A stretch of DNA of 63,190 bases, filler included, from Globobulimina sp. (lineage: Eukaryota): the NCBI GenBank assembly GCA_003354225.1. It is 37 parts of 37 records of this genome, joined end to end, with 100 filler letters (N's around TTAATTAATTAA, not from the genome) between each part and the next. Parts side by side here need not be neighbours in the genome. Positions count along the whole stretch, not along the records: positions 22,254 to 23,864 come from PIVH01014126.1; positions 23,965 to 25,575 come from PIVH01014127.1; positions 25,676 to 27,286 come from PIVH01014128.1; positions 27,387 to 28,997 come from PIVH01014129.1; positions 29,098 to 30,707 come from PIVH01014130.1; positions 30,808 to 32,417 come from PIVH01014131.1; positions 32,518 to 34,127 come from PIVH01014132.1; 30 more parts are not named here. One strand, 5' to 3'. The position numbers and the translations under genes are program-made. Positions 22,254 to 34,227 of the stretch are shown piece by piece. The stretch's first letter is position 1; every line of letters starts with the position of its first letter. Under the pieces are notes generated by a model that was given only the letters and a program-made list of their open reading frames with translations, did no database searches and was not told the DNA's origin.

Positions 22254-23586
22254 GGATTTTCATTTTTATTGCATAGAAATTGGTTATTTAATCAATATAA
22301 ATCATTAAATATATTCAATGACAATGAGCAAAATGATCTGAATATTATCACTGAACAAAATACAATAAAATATATGACTCAATTTGTACAAAATGCAGCT
22401 TTATATCAAATCAATTTTATTAAAAATAATCAGTATATTGCTGACTTAAAGGAACAATGTCAATTAAATGAGAATGGATTTGTTTATCCGATAAGATATA
22501 ATGATAAAAAACACTGTAAATATTTCCAAAACATATTCGCTAAAAATGATACCAATAACAATGGAATATATGCGATAAAAGATGATGCTCAAAAACCTGT
22601 AATTTATGATGCAAATATACTGAGTTTAAAACAGATTGGTAAGGACATTGGAGATGAAAATTTATTATCAAATTTACCTCATAATCATAGCATAAAATAT
22701 GTCAAACATTCCAGTAATGGATATTTGGCGCAGTCTCCACAATTTTGTATGGCATTAAAACAATATTTAATAAGAAATGAGAGTTTGAAGTTTGTCGCAA
22801 ATACAAAAGTTTTAGATTTTGATATTGATTCAGAAACAAAAACAATATCACGGATTTATACGGATAACGGTTTGATAAATATCAAAAATAAAAATGTCAT
22901 TGTTGTGCTAAGGTAAACAAAAAAATTCAAAAATAATATGAGTTAAAAGTTAAATCGTTTTTGAATTTTTTAGTTACTGTCTAACTTTGTCAAGTGCTGG
23001 TTCATGGACTCCTATTTTAGGGAGAAAATTGAATTTATTTATTCCAGTTTATCCATTGAAAGGATTTGATTTTGTGATTGATTATTCGCCAGCAAATATT
23101 GCATATAATGATTATATAAATATACCAAAATATGCAATTGTTGATAATAGTATTTTGTATGTGAATTATGGTAAAATAAATGATCGAAATAATCAAGTAA
23201 GGTTAGCATCAATTGGTGCATTTAATGGATGGGATAATGATTGTTTTGATGCACAAATGGAAAATGCATTATATTTACAGTCAAAGGAGATGCTGCCAAA
23301 TATAATGAAGATATTTAGGGCCGAACCAATGAATTGCGTTTCAGGATTAAGACCATTAACCTATGATTTATCAATCATTGTCGGCAAAATAAAGGAATAT
23401 AATAATTTATATATGGGTGTTGGTCCTGGATATAATGGATTTAAAACTGCGATGGGATCTGCACGGTTATTGGCACAAATTGTTGATGGTGATAATAAAG
23501 CAAATTATTTTGATCCATGCAAACATAACGTGAAGAAAAGCACATTATTTTGTAAATTGACGGACTTGCTTTCCACAAAACATTAA
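22254..23586 (+). CDS. FAD-dependent D-amino-acid dehydrogenase/oxidase family protein (intron 22913-22994; 5' partial)
   Basis: VIVVLSAGSWT...IPVYPLKG, SGLRPLTYD, and GPGYNGFKTAMGSARLLAQIV. A CTAAC branch point is at 22981. Confidence 0.85.
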
Positions 23587-24030
23587 ATAATAATGTATAT
23601 AGCATCCAGCAGAGCACTCAGAAATAATTGTAAATAATTAAGCATATTGTTATAGCTGTAGACGGGATAGAGAGCCAGCCATGTTTTGCAACAAGATTTT
23701 CATTTCCCATACACAATAAAAAGTCAGACATCGTACAGAGTTTCAGCCGTAAATGTTTTTGGTGGCTGTGATATTTCTTCATTATACAAAAGCAAACATT
23801 ATATATAATGACAAAATATCATATTGTTAACTCAAAATTTCATGAGAAAAGTTTGTGCTCGATTNNNNNNNNNNNNNNNNNNNNNNNNNNNNNNNNNNNN
23901 NNNNNNNNTTAATTAATTAANNNNNNNNNNNNNNNNNNNNNNNNNNNNNNNNNNNNNNNNNNNNCACTACTTTTATTTCTAATTCTACCAAAACCGTTTC
24001 ATTGTAGTTCTGTGCAAGGATAATAATTAA

Positions 24031-24886
24031 TTATTGTTTATGTTGTGGGTCATTTGCTTCATCATTATCATCACCATCTTGCCATGGTCTCCATGCACCG
24101 GGCTTGAATGGTTCCGCTTTATCATTAGTTTCCGCAACGTCCTGTACTTCGGTACTCGGTTTGATAGAGCTCGGATCGATGAACGATTCCTTCATTTTAT
24201 GAAACTGCATCCCATCATATCGCCTTTTCTCGGACTCTATGATATCATCGGCTTGCTTCATTTTAGCCACTTTATTTTCCGCAGCTTTGCGCAATGCCAC
24301 TTCACGTGATTGGAATAAGGCAATCACCTCTTTTTGCGCCTTGTTGGTCAATTCACTCTGAATCTGCTCATATTTCTTTTTCTGTTCGTTATAAAACTCG
24401 GGGTTTTCAATGCGCAATGCATCATCTCTCTGCTTTATAGCTGCGGCTTTGTCCTGCGTCGATTGCAGATATTCGTCATATTCATCCAATTCCCGTTTGG
24501 TGGGCGGATAATTGCGTTGATATCTTATCCATTGATACCATAGAAATGGTATTTCATCCATGGCTTGTTGGCCGTGTCTGAATATACAAAAGCGACGGAT
24601 TGGAGTCTCTATATAGCATTTTTGTTATGTTATTTTCACGAACTTGATTCGCAGTCAATCAATAATTTCAATATTAACCTTATAATTAACCTGGGAAAGG
24701 TTGGTATAGATAATATTCATTTCCAATAAAGTCTTCTCCGACCTTCCATTGTCCGCGAACCTTCCATCGGAGAAAATTGGTGACTCTGCCTCGACCCGTA
24801 TTAGGCTTAGAAAACCAGCGGGAGAGCGCTTTGAAGGCTCCGGGTGTCTGGTTTTTCCAAATAGATTTGACTGGCGGTTTCGGCAT
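24031..24886 (-). CDS. Complex I NDUFA12/NDUFAF2-family protein (intron 24609-24690)
   Basis: KVGEDFIGNEYY, IPFLWYQWIRYQRNYPPT and a C-terminal FKPGAWRP, which is more NDUFAF2-like. Confidence 0.8.
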
Positions 24887-25038
24887 TATCACAAAACACT
24901 GACTTAAAAACCTACTCAAATAAATCAAAATGTAAGTAAAAAATTAATGTTTGCAACCTGCGACATTTACAAAGAGAGGAAATACAATTTGTGCGTGCTC
25001 AGAGGGGACTGCATGTACTTATTTATTAAATTAGTGGT

Positions 25039-25575
25039 TCATAAATCATTAATCGTTTTAACAAACCAATTTAAACCGGTTTGCAATCCATATTCAGTTT
25101 TGGCAGAACATAATTGAACGTTCCATTTTCTTTCAAAACTTTTCAAGTTCAATTTCTTAATGATTTCATTTTGAGACATTCCATTAACTAAATCACATTT
25201 ATTCGCATAAACTAAAATGGGAGCATCATATCTCAACTTTGCTGAACATACAGTTTCTCCACAGTCCAAACTTTCCAGTTTGTCGAATGCTGTGTCGACT
25301 GTGCCAATAATTGGCATTAACGCAGCATTAAAGTAATTATATATAATATCAATAACATCATTTGGAATCTCTCTCTTTGTGATTTCAATAAATTCATTAC
25401 GAATCCATCCGGAAAATAGAATATAAATATTAATATTGCCAAGATTTACCCTGTCTTTTGTATCTATCACATAAATTAATCCATCAAAATACAATGTCGT
25501 TGAGCTCCAATATAAGCGATGTTTGTTATCAATATCGAAGCTAATTATCTTTAAATTTTTGCATTTCATATTTGT
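25039..25575 (-). CDS. Divergent Arf/Arl GTPase-like protein (5' partial)
   Basis: GLIYVIDTKDR, PILVYANKCDL and WNVQLCSAKT..GLQTGLNW. G3 is degenerate and there is an internal insertion. Confidence 0.8.
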   Translation of the reverse strand, partial: TNMKCKNLKIISFDIDNKHRLYWSSTTLYFDGLIYVIDTKDRVNLGNINIYILFSGWIRNEFIEITKREIPNDVIDIIYNYFNAALMPIIGTVDTAFDKLESLDCGETVCSAKLRYDAPILVYANKCDLVNGMSQNEIIKKLNLKSFERKWNVQLCSAKTEYGLQTGLNWFVKTINDL

Positions 25576-25675
25576 NNNNNNNNNNNNNNNNNNNNNNNNN
25601 NNNNNNNNNNNNNNNNNNNTTAATTAATTAANNNNNNNNNNNNNNNNNNNNNNNNNNNNNNNNNNNNNNNNNNNN

Positions 25676-26910
25676 ATCATTAACATTGTCATAAAGTTGC
25701 GGCGCATCATCAGCAAGCATCGCCTGTTGTATTTGTTGCAATAATTCACGGTCACGTTTCTCTTTATCCTTCACTTTCTGTGCAATTAATTCCATATTAT
25801 TCACAACATTTTTTTTGCGCATAATAAAATGAAATAATGCTAACATTTTCTTAATAGTCATTTTCTCATTGATATGTGATAAATATTTAACAATCATATT
25901 CCCGATTAATACCATAAAACGCTCGAATGCTTGAGCTGATGTATGTGCGTATGTAAAATGTGGATATTTATCTTTAAAATTTGTGATACCTAATACCAAT
26001 TCAATGAACATTCTTATGTATGACGGTTTTATTTGATCTTGTTTAATAAATAAAACCCTCAACATGGCTAATAAATTTGTGCCAAGGTTAAATGCAAATT
26101 GTGAGTCCACTCTGTTTTTTTCATGTAACTCTGAAAATATGCGCAGTTATAGAGATACATTTTAATGCAACGTAAATCGAATGCATTCCCATCTGCGCCA
26201 ATCAATAAAATGCATTCGTTGATAATGGATGGGCTAACAAGATAAAAATGTTCCACTTTATCATTACCACACCGCCTATTCACAGGTTTAAATTGGTCCA
26301 TATCTCGCCCAAACGTATAACCTAATTTATATTCCCTAAATTCATGATGGATTGATTTGATTAATAATATTGTAGCATCCGGTGATTCTTTGAATTTATT
26401 TGTTAATGATGATTGAAATAAGTGCCTGTCATATTTACCAGTGTTGTTGGATGAATGTAGATAGTCTTTTAGCACTTTATCAATTGAAACAATATAATCT
26501 CCAAATGTCCCATTAGCAATATCCATCGCAATAACTCGGTTTGGAGCTGTCACATTAACAGTTTTATAGTTATTTAAGTAATTAATATTAAATTTTATCT
26601 TCTTTTTTGTATGCTGAGTCACATTCGTAGCAATTCTCTTTTTTTTTTTATATTCAGTCCACGATGCAAATTTGGTGGGATCCACGTCATTGATCTCTAA
26701 AAATTGTTTGTATTGATCTGTGATTCCAGTGATCACTGAACATTCAAACTTTTTCTTTTTGCTGCGAATGTGTCGTGAAAATTGTCCATTTTGAACATAT
26801 GTGAGTGCAACCCATGAAATATTATTGTTGGATATTCTGGCATCATTTATGGTGTTAACACATCCTGGATTTGTATAAAACTCTTTGGTTCGCGAAATAT
26901 ATATATCATA
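25676..26910 (-). CDS. Hypothetical protein with a possible viral MSV199-like domain; two frames meeting at an A7 run near 26115
   Basis: Long intronless frames. VEHFYLVSPSIINECILLIG...KMYLY weakly resembles the MSV199 motif YxLTPxxFKxCL...YYLLLE. Confidence 0.35.
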
Positions 26911-27386
26911 TTTTCAAACCTGAGCAGAAGATCTGCGTATTTTGAGTTTGTTTTATTTGTGTGTATGTTTGAAGTGAAAAACTCTGTGTGTTTGAAACTT
27001 CTCCAACTTTTTTCCCGCCCTCCTTCTCCCTTAAATTTTATCTCTATTTTCTTGGGGGGGGTATATGGGTTTATATATGTTATTATTGTTTGTAATTTGT
27101 TGTTTACTGTCAACAAAATAACAATCAATCCAAAAATAATTTAATTTAAATTATACAATTATTTCTACCGTTAGCTCGTAAAAAATAAAAAGTATTCACA
27201 CTTGCAAGAACTTGAAATAAAAAAAAGCATCTCAATCGGTGCTTATCTGGATCATCACCAAAAATTGAATATAAATCATGATCCTGNNNNNNNNNNNNNN
27301 NNNNNNNNNNNNNNNNNNNNNNNNNNNNNNTTAATTAATTAANNNNNNNNNNNNNNNNNNNNNNNNNNNNNNNNNNNNNNNNNNNN

Positions 27387-28095
27387 TAGGCACTTCGCCG
27401 TCGCCGGTGGTGGAAATCACGATTATTAGATAGATTTTGTGAGTGCAGATTGGACGGTCGATGTTGTACTTATTCAATGGGATTGGACCGTTGATGGCGT
27501 ATTTCGCGTTTTGTGAGGTGGCCATTGACACGATTTCGTGGCAGATTTCTTTGGCATTTCCAGTCATTGTCCCATAGCAAATAGTAAAATCATATTTTTT
27601 TACATTTTCTTCTTTGATTTCATGCTTGATTGGTTTGGTTTGGCTGCTGATTGGCGTGTTGTTTATGTGTGTATTGATGGAGGTGATTAATGGCAATATG
27701 TCCTTGTCGTTGTCGTATGTTATTTTGTCGTGGAATTGTACGGATTTGCGTTTGTTGGTTAAAGTGATGTATAGTTTGTTACTTTCTTTTTGTGCATCGT
27801 TTAGTGATATGATACAAAATAATAATTTATTTAATTCGTATGGAAAGTTGTCCAATTTTCGTTGAAAACGACGAATGGAGCGGCATTTCTTTCCGATGGA
27901 TGAGACCAGGAAAATATAGAAACTATTTTCTTGTTTAATCTCATTGATGTTTTTTAAATCTTTGAATGGTTTGATACTTATTTTAATATTCATGTGAGCA
28001 GTTTTAATTTTTTCTTGCAAAATGGATGATATATAAGTGGCTGTTTTGCAATCAATAGCATGCACAATGGTTGCGCACCAAACTGATGTTTCCAT
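27387..28095 (-). CDS. Diflavin reductase (MTRR/CPR-like) N-terminus with tandem flavodoxin-like domains (partial)
   Basis: ICYGTMTGNAKEICHEI and IIVISTTGDGEVP are FMN-binding motifs, preceded by a degenerate copy (YIFLVSSIG). Confidence 0.75.
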
Positions 28096-28261
28096 CTTTA
28101 CTTTAGAGTTACTATTTTTTTTTTTAGTCCGTTACTTCAACAATCCTTCAACTTCTTTCTATCAAATAATCCCCCAACTGACCCATTAATATTTCAAATT
28201 AAAATTTTATTCATTCATCTTACTTCTTGCACCTCACAAATCAAATTATAACTCATCGATC

Positions 28262-28850
28262 ATGCAATCAATATCAATTAATTTAGGTTTCGATTCGTTA
28301 AACGATTGGGATTCAGACGAATCTATCGATGATATCCCTGTGTTGGAGTTATTAACCAACATTTCAGAAATCGATGAAGATATTATATTCCACAAAAATG
28401 GCTTTGAGAAAATTGACAAAATATGCAATACATTACAAGGTGAATTATACAGAGCTAAGACCATTAACAAAGGCGAAGATAACAGTTATGTCGCAATTAA
28501 AAAAACAAGTAAAGAGTTGACGGAAAGGAAGATTTCAACCGAAGGTGATATTCATTTTTGTGTGTCTGAGAATATAGTCAAAGAAGCAGAAATCCTCAAG
28601 TTCTGAACCGTCGATCATTCACCGATTGGTGACTATATCTTAAAATACGTTGATTTTTTTGAATCTGAAGACTATTATTATTTGGTGACTGAATATATCG
28701 AATCACAGATGAATTTAAAACAATTTATATCCAAATCAAATGAGTATATTAAAAATGGAAAATTATCAATCAGAGAATATCGAAGAATCATTAAATATTT
28801 ATTTTTCCAGTTGTTTGTTACCATCCAATGGCTTCATGATTCTATGCATT
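28262..28850 (+). pseudogene. Ser/Thr protein kinase with an in-frame TGA at 28604-28606 (partial)
   Basis: TLQGELY, YVAIKK and ENIVKEAEILKF*TVDHSPIGDYILKYVDFFESEDYYYLVTEY run in one continuous frame. Confidence 0.75.
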
Positions 28851-29097
28851 GTATGTACATATATTTTAATAAACATATACATATAATTAATATACATACA
28901 TCTAATTATTACATTTTCAGTTTTTATAACAACAAGTTGTACGAAATTTCATATACAATTCTAAATATAACTTTTTTGTTTGAAAAAAGTTATTTTTNNN
29001 NNNNNNNNNNNNNNNNNNNNNNNNNNNNNNNNNNNNNNNNNTTAATTAATTAANNNNNNNNNNNNNNNNNNNNNNNNNNNNNNNNNNNNNNNNNNNN

Positions 29098-29764
29098 TCC
29101 AAACCTCTATATTCACTGCATCCAAATCATAATATTTACCTAATTTAATGCGGATGTCTGCAAATGTTGTCTCTGGCTTCAATGACCATTTATGTGTTGA
29201 TTTGCATAATCTTCCGGTTTTTTCAAACAATGCTTTTTTCCATAAATCCCAGCCTGTATTTTCCCGCATTAAAATCATTGTTTTTACTAAACAATAGACA
29301 TTAATTTGTATATCATCAGAAACATAGTCTTTTACATCAATAATATCACCGATAGTTTGGTTGGATTTAATTGTTTGTCCATTATAAAAAAAATTTAAGA
29401 ATTCAAGTTTTTGACCTTTCTCTTCACAAAATGCACAGAATAATTTACGCCACGATGTTTTTAATTTTACTTTTACACGTAACGGATCTGCATCTTTACC
29501 TCCAATTAATACCCACTTCAATACTACTTTTGTATTTTGTAAAAGTTTACGTTTCCAACATTCATCACAATAAAATGATGCACCATCATTGTTCGTATGG
29601 AAGTGAATATCTTTGCATATTTTACATACATACATTGGTTCATCATCAGTATCAGTCTGTTGAAGTATATCATGTATTCTGTCTGTAACAAATGATGAAT
29701 CTATAGCAGATAATAAATTGCCATCTTCCATTACAATATTTTTGTTAAATTTTCTTAGTCTCAC
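29098..29764 (-). CDS. Protein with a Zn-finger-like segment and a SUMO/ubiquitin-like domain (partial)
   Basis: CxxC...CxxC, then RVKVKLKTSWRKLFCAFCEEKG...FFYNGQTIKSNQTIGD. Confidence 0.55.
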
Positions 29765-29845
29765 TCTACCAAAAAGTTTTCTTTCTTTTTAATAAACTGC
29801 GTTTTTCGTTTTTCTTTTTTCTTTCTTTAACTACGAAAAGGCAGA

Positions 29846-30707
29846 ATGCAAACTTTAGAAGAATGCAAATCGATATCCAACAGTACCATTGACCTCGTTC
29901 CAATCTTTGAACCAATGGTTCAAAGAAGAAATCACCGCAAACAATTTAATTCTCGATTCACTCGAATTGCATTACCGAATATTATTCTCAATAAAACTGG
30001 AGATTTGCATCGATATAAATTCTTACATACACCGAAAAAGAAGAATAATAATATTGGAAAGAAACGTAGACATTCTGTAGTAGCCACATCACTGATAACA
30101 CCCAGACGTAGAACAAAGGGAAAAGCAACATCAGTGCCAGCAAGAAATAAAACAAAAATTAGAAAAATTAGAAAAACGCCGTTATCAAAAAGAAAAACAA
30201 TAAAAAGACGAATTAAACCTAAATTAATTGAAATGACATTAAACAAAAATGAAGTGAATAAATATTTGGTTATACGGAATCAGTGGATATTAAAACATCC
30301 GACAAAGAGGAAAATTGAAACGAAATTATTTAAAAAAAGAAGGAGAATCATTAAACCGGAATTAATTGGAAATATAAGTAATGACTCCATAATTTTTATG
30401 AATCAATTGAATAATTATTTTAATTCAAAAGATGCAATGTTTAATGAGCAGAATTTCTCGCAATATACCAACCCTTTTGATAATGCTCCGTATCAATATG
30501 ATGAGAGACATTATGGATATCTCAGAGTTAATGATGATAACAGTACGCCTATTATCCGTATGAGCAGTGATAAAGAAGAATTAAGTGATATTTCCATATC
30601 ATCGAATCCGGCGGACCCAATAACACCAAATTTATATCGAAGAAAAATGATTAAAGATACGAATAATTATTATGCGAAAACACCAAACAAAAAAACGAAT
30701 CCTAACA
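29846..30707 (+). CDS. Hypothetical basic low-complexity protein (partial)
   Basis: About 287-codon K/R-rich ORF open to the contig end. Confidence 0.55.
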
Positions 30708-30977
30708 NNNNNNNNNNNNNNNNNNNNNNNNNNNNNNNNNNNNNNNNNNNNTTAATTAATTAANNNNNNNNNNNNNNNNNNNNNNNNNNNNNNNNNNNNN
30801 NNNNNNNGATAATTGAATAAAATGTATACAACTTATCGACCAGGGAGTAAGGAAAGACTTCAAATCCATACACTGGATTTAAGGGTGATATTTTTTTCCT
30901 TTTTTTATTTGCATTTTCTATTATTATATTTAATTTAAACATTATATTATTAGTATGAAATAAGTGTATTACAATTG

Positions 30978-32417
30978 TTAAACAGAATCATTATCCATAT
31001 CATGATCAGACATATCATCATGTTTTCGTTTACGTTTCTTATCCCTTTTTACTTTCTTATCTTGCTTTCTTTCCTCTATTCCTTCCACATCCTTTTCAAT
31101 ATAATCATTTTTCCCATATTTACGAATCAAATCGTATTGTTTCTCAAACATTGCATCCCATTCCGGCACCAATGTAGTTTTAATCAATGCATAATAAATA
31201 GCCATACTCCAAAATAAATGTCTCTGATCATAAAATATAAATTTCCATAACGCATTGCAATGATTTAGTTCTTTCCTATACGATCGAATCGACATTAAAT
31301 CGCGAAATGTCAATAATTCCGATCGATTGACACTAGTACTTCGCGAACAGTCTTTCCATATCAATTTGACTGAATAATTACTAAACTGTTTGAACAAAAC
31401 AGCAATATCAAACTCCTTATTTCCAACATTCAAAGCATTCAATGCCAATGATACATTCTTTTGAAAATGAGGCGATTTCAGTATCTCTGTCTCAAAATGG
31501 CCACTGGCGGCCGCCCATATCATCGCTTTGTCTTTCAAAGAGGCCACATTCCGCAATTCCTGTTGTTTGAGGTCAAGAGGATGCACGTTATCATCTTTGT
31601 GCTTTTCCTGGATCTCATTCAACGCAGCGATTACTTTATGATTTATGCGTTTTTTCTCTCTGATTCGTGGGCTGCGTTGTCGTTGCATGGCATCTCTGTA
31701 ACATCGCGGCGGCGCATATCTGTGGTACGTCATATTTGTTATTATGTATTTGTTGGTATTATGTGTCGAATGAAAGACAAATGTATGTATTATTAAATTA
31801 CTATATAATGGCCCATGGCATGTAAATTGTATTATATTTCCATCATTACATTTAAAATGCTATTATAAAATCAAACAAATATTGACAATGTCAAGAAAAG
31901 AGTACAACATTAACTGACGTAAAATGATCATATTTATTGTACCGGTTCCGATCTCTCTCTCTGTCCCGGTCTCCGTCGCGCGAATAGCGACCTTTTCCAT
32001 GTGATTGGTGCGAATATCTCCCCTGTTGTAAGGAATTTGAACTGGCCCGCGATCTGGAACGAGAGCGGGAATTTGATGGTGAACGCGAATGGGACCTGTT
32101 TTCGTGGCTTTTTTTGGCTGAATATTTTGCAAAAAAATGAATAAATATTATCCTCGCACTGGATGCACGGATTAAAAAGTAACTGGGTTTTGGAGTGGGT
32201 TTTGGAGTAGGTTTCGGTGGAGATTTTGAACGCGATTTGGATGACGATGTGGTTGATGTTATTGATGTATTGGTGGAGGAGGTGTTGTGGACAGAGGTTT
32301 GTAACGGATTCGTAAATGATATTTTTATTTTTTGTTTGTTGATTTTAAATGATTTGGGTTGTGGAGCATTGTTATCATTTGTATCTGGTTGCGGTCTCCA
32401 CCGATTGTCTTGTTTTT
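30978..32417 (-). CDS. Multi-exon protein with an RS/RD-rich region (5' partial)
   Basis: Exons encode SKSRSKSPPKPTPKP and RSHSRSPSNSRSRSRSR...RDGDRDRERDR upstream of the 251-aa ORF. Confidence 0.5.
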
Positions 32418-32517
32418 NNNNNNNNNNNNNNNNNNNNNNNNNNNNNNNNNNNNNNNNNNNNTTAATTAATTAANNNNNNNNNNNNNNNNNNNNNNNNNNN
32501 NNNNNNNNNNNNNNNNN

Positions 32518-32814
32518 TTCATTTATGAATGATACAAAATTCCCAACAGATTTCCATTGAGTCAATTTATTATCGGAGTTATCAATTAATTCCGCTACAT
32601 TGCGATTTTTCGTTTTTCGTAATCTAATTAAATCGGTCAATGATAATGATTCTAAAATTACTGTTGTTGCATCAGACGGTAATCGAGAAAATGCATTGTT
32701 TGTGGCATTGTTTAATGTGCATAGAATGAAGAATAATTCAATCATAAATAGCATCATTAGCACGCTCGTATTAGTTAATCTTGTGATGACTAATTTTTTT
32801 AGCGTTTGCAGCAA
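32518..32814 (-). CDS. F-box-like protein (partial)
   Basis: FSRLPSDATTVILESLSLTDLIRLRKT. Confidence 0.45.
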
Positions 32815-32959
32815 TTTGACACTCTGATTAGTTGTAATCGCTGTTGTATGTAATCACAAAAGATGTGTGGACCTAAAAAGTTAAATCTTGAATTTGAAAT
32901 TAATTGTATTTGTTTGCATATAAACTGATTTTTGTGACTTTATTATTTTTTTAAATACA

Positions 32960-33879
32960 ATGGCAAAGTCAATTATTTTGCGAGTAGTGCAATGCGGTGC
33001 TGCATTATGTATATCGCTAATAGTATCAGTTGTATTTTTATATCCAAATGAAAAAGTTGTGCTGGATTTTAATGATACGATTGAAGACAGTCAAAAAAAT
33101 GAATATGTAGAGGGTATGTGCACATTTATTATGACATACAAGCGACCAAACAATGTAATGTTACTATTAAATCATACATTGTCAACATGGCCTGATTTGA
33201 CCAATGAAATCGTGGTTGCGTTTGGCCACAGCGATTATTATTTTGATATATCAAAACTTGAAAATACATCAATATTAAATACAAACATAACATTTGTAAA
33301 AGATTGGGAGAATAATGATAAATATTTTACATTGCGAAGATTTATCACATCGATCCAATATTGTTCGAGTGACAACATTTTAATTCTCGACGATGACATA
33401 TTGCCGGCAAGAGATGAAATTATTAGATTACAAAATGAGTATAAAAAGAATACAATGCAAATGTATGGATTTGCGATTCGATGGTGTTCGGAATTTGGAT
33501 ATTATGCGTCATTCGAAGCAAATATAGCTTATAAGCTACAAAAGGTGTTATTGACGAAACATTTGCATGAATTAGTATTAACCGGTTATTTTTTGACAAA
33601 TAAGCATATTATAAAGCAAATATCCAACGAAATATTTAATAATATTGTTTTTAGACAATTTACAAATCAAGTTATTGAATATAAAGGTAATGGAGAAGAC
33701 ATTTTGTTTAATTTTATGTTTATGTATTTATTCAAACAAAATCCAATTGGATTGCAACAAAAAGGAATATTCACAAACGTGGATTAAATGAAACGGGATT
33801 TCATGCTCTCAAAAAACATGGACAACAAAGAACAAAATTGTGTCAACAATTGATCAATCGGAAAATATTTGATATTTAA
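32960..33879 (+). CDS. GT64 (EXTL2-like) glycosyltransferase; C-terminus in the -1 frame after about 33760
   Basis: TM anchor, TYKRP, RRF, ILILDDD and NGEDILFNF. The tail GFH...H..QRTKLCQQL lies in a shifted frame. Confidence 0.75.
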
Positions 33880-33936
33880 AATAATTTCTTGGGTGTTATA
33901 TTATATTTATTTAAGTTTTGAAGGGTTAGCTAGAGT

Positions 33937-34000
33937 GGTTTTCAACCTAGTATTCGAAGTTGACCTAGTATTCGAATCCTAGTATTCAAAGTTGAAAACC
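33937..34000. repeat. Small element: 10-bp inverted termini around 3 copies of CCTAGTATTC
   Basis: GGTTTTCAAC...GTTGAAAACC flanks tandem CCTAGTATTC(g/a)AA units. Confidence 0.7.
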
Positions 34001-34227
34001 TTGCCAATCACAAAAGAAGTGTTTAGAAGTGTGAACATAAAAAGTCAATTATTACGGTCCTTATAACTAATGTCCCAAAATATTTCATTAATTTTATCTC
34101 ATTTCTCATATGTTGAAAAAAGGTCAANNNNNNNNNNNNNNNNNNNNNNNNNNNNNNNNNNNNNNNNNNNNTTAATTAATTAANNNNNNNNNNNNNNNNN
34201 NNNNNNNNNNNNNNNNNNNNNNNNNNN

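Noticed and set aside
28604-28606. Selenocysteine or Trp at the kinase TGA
   Set aside because: The position is normally a Leu-like residue after helix C, and Trp is TGG throughout the window. A nonsense change is simpler.
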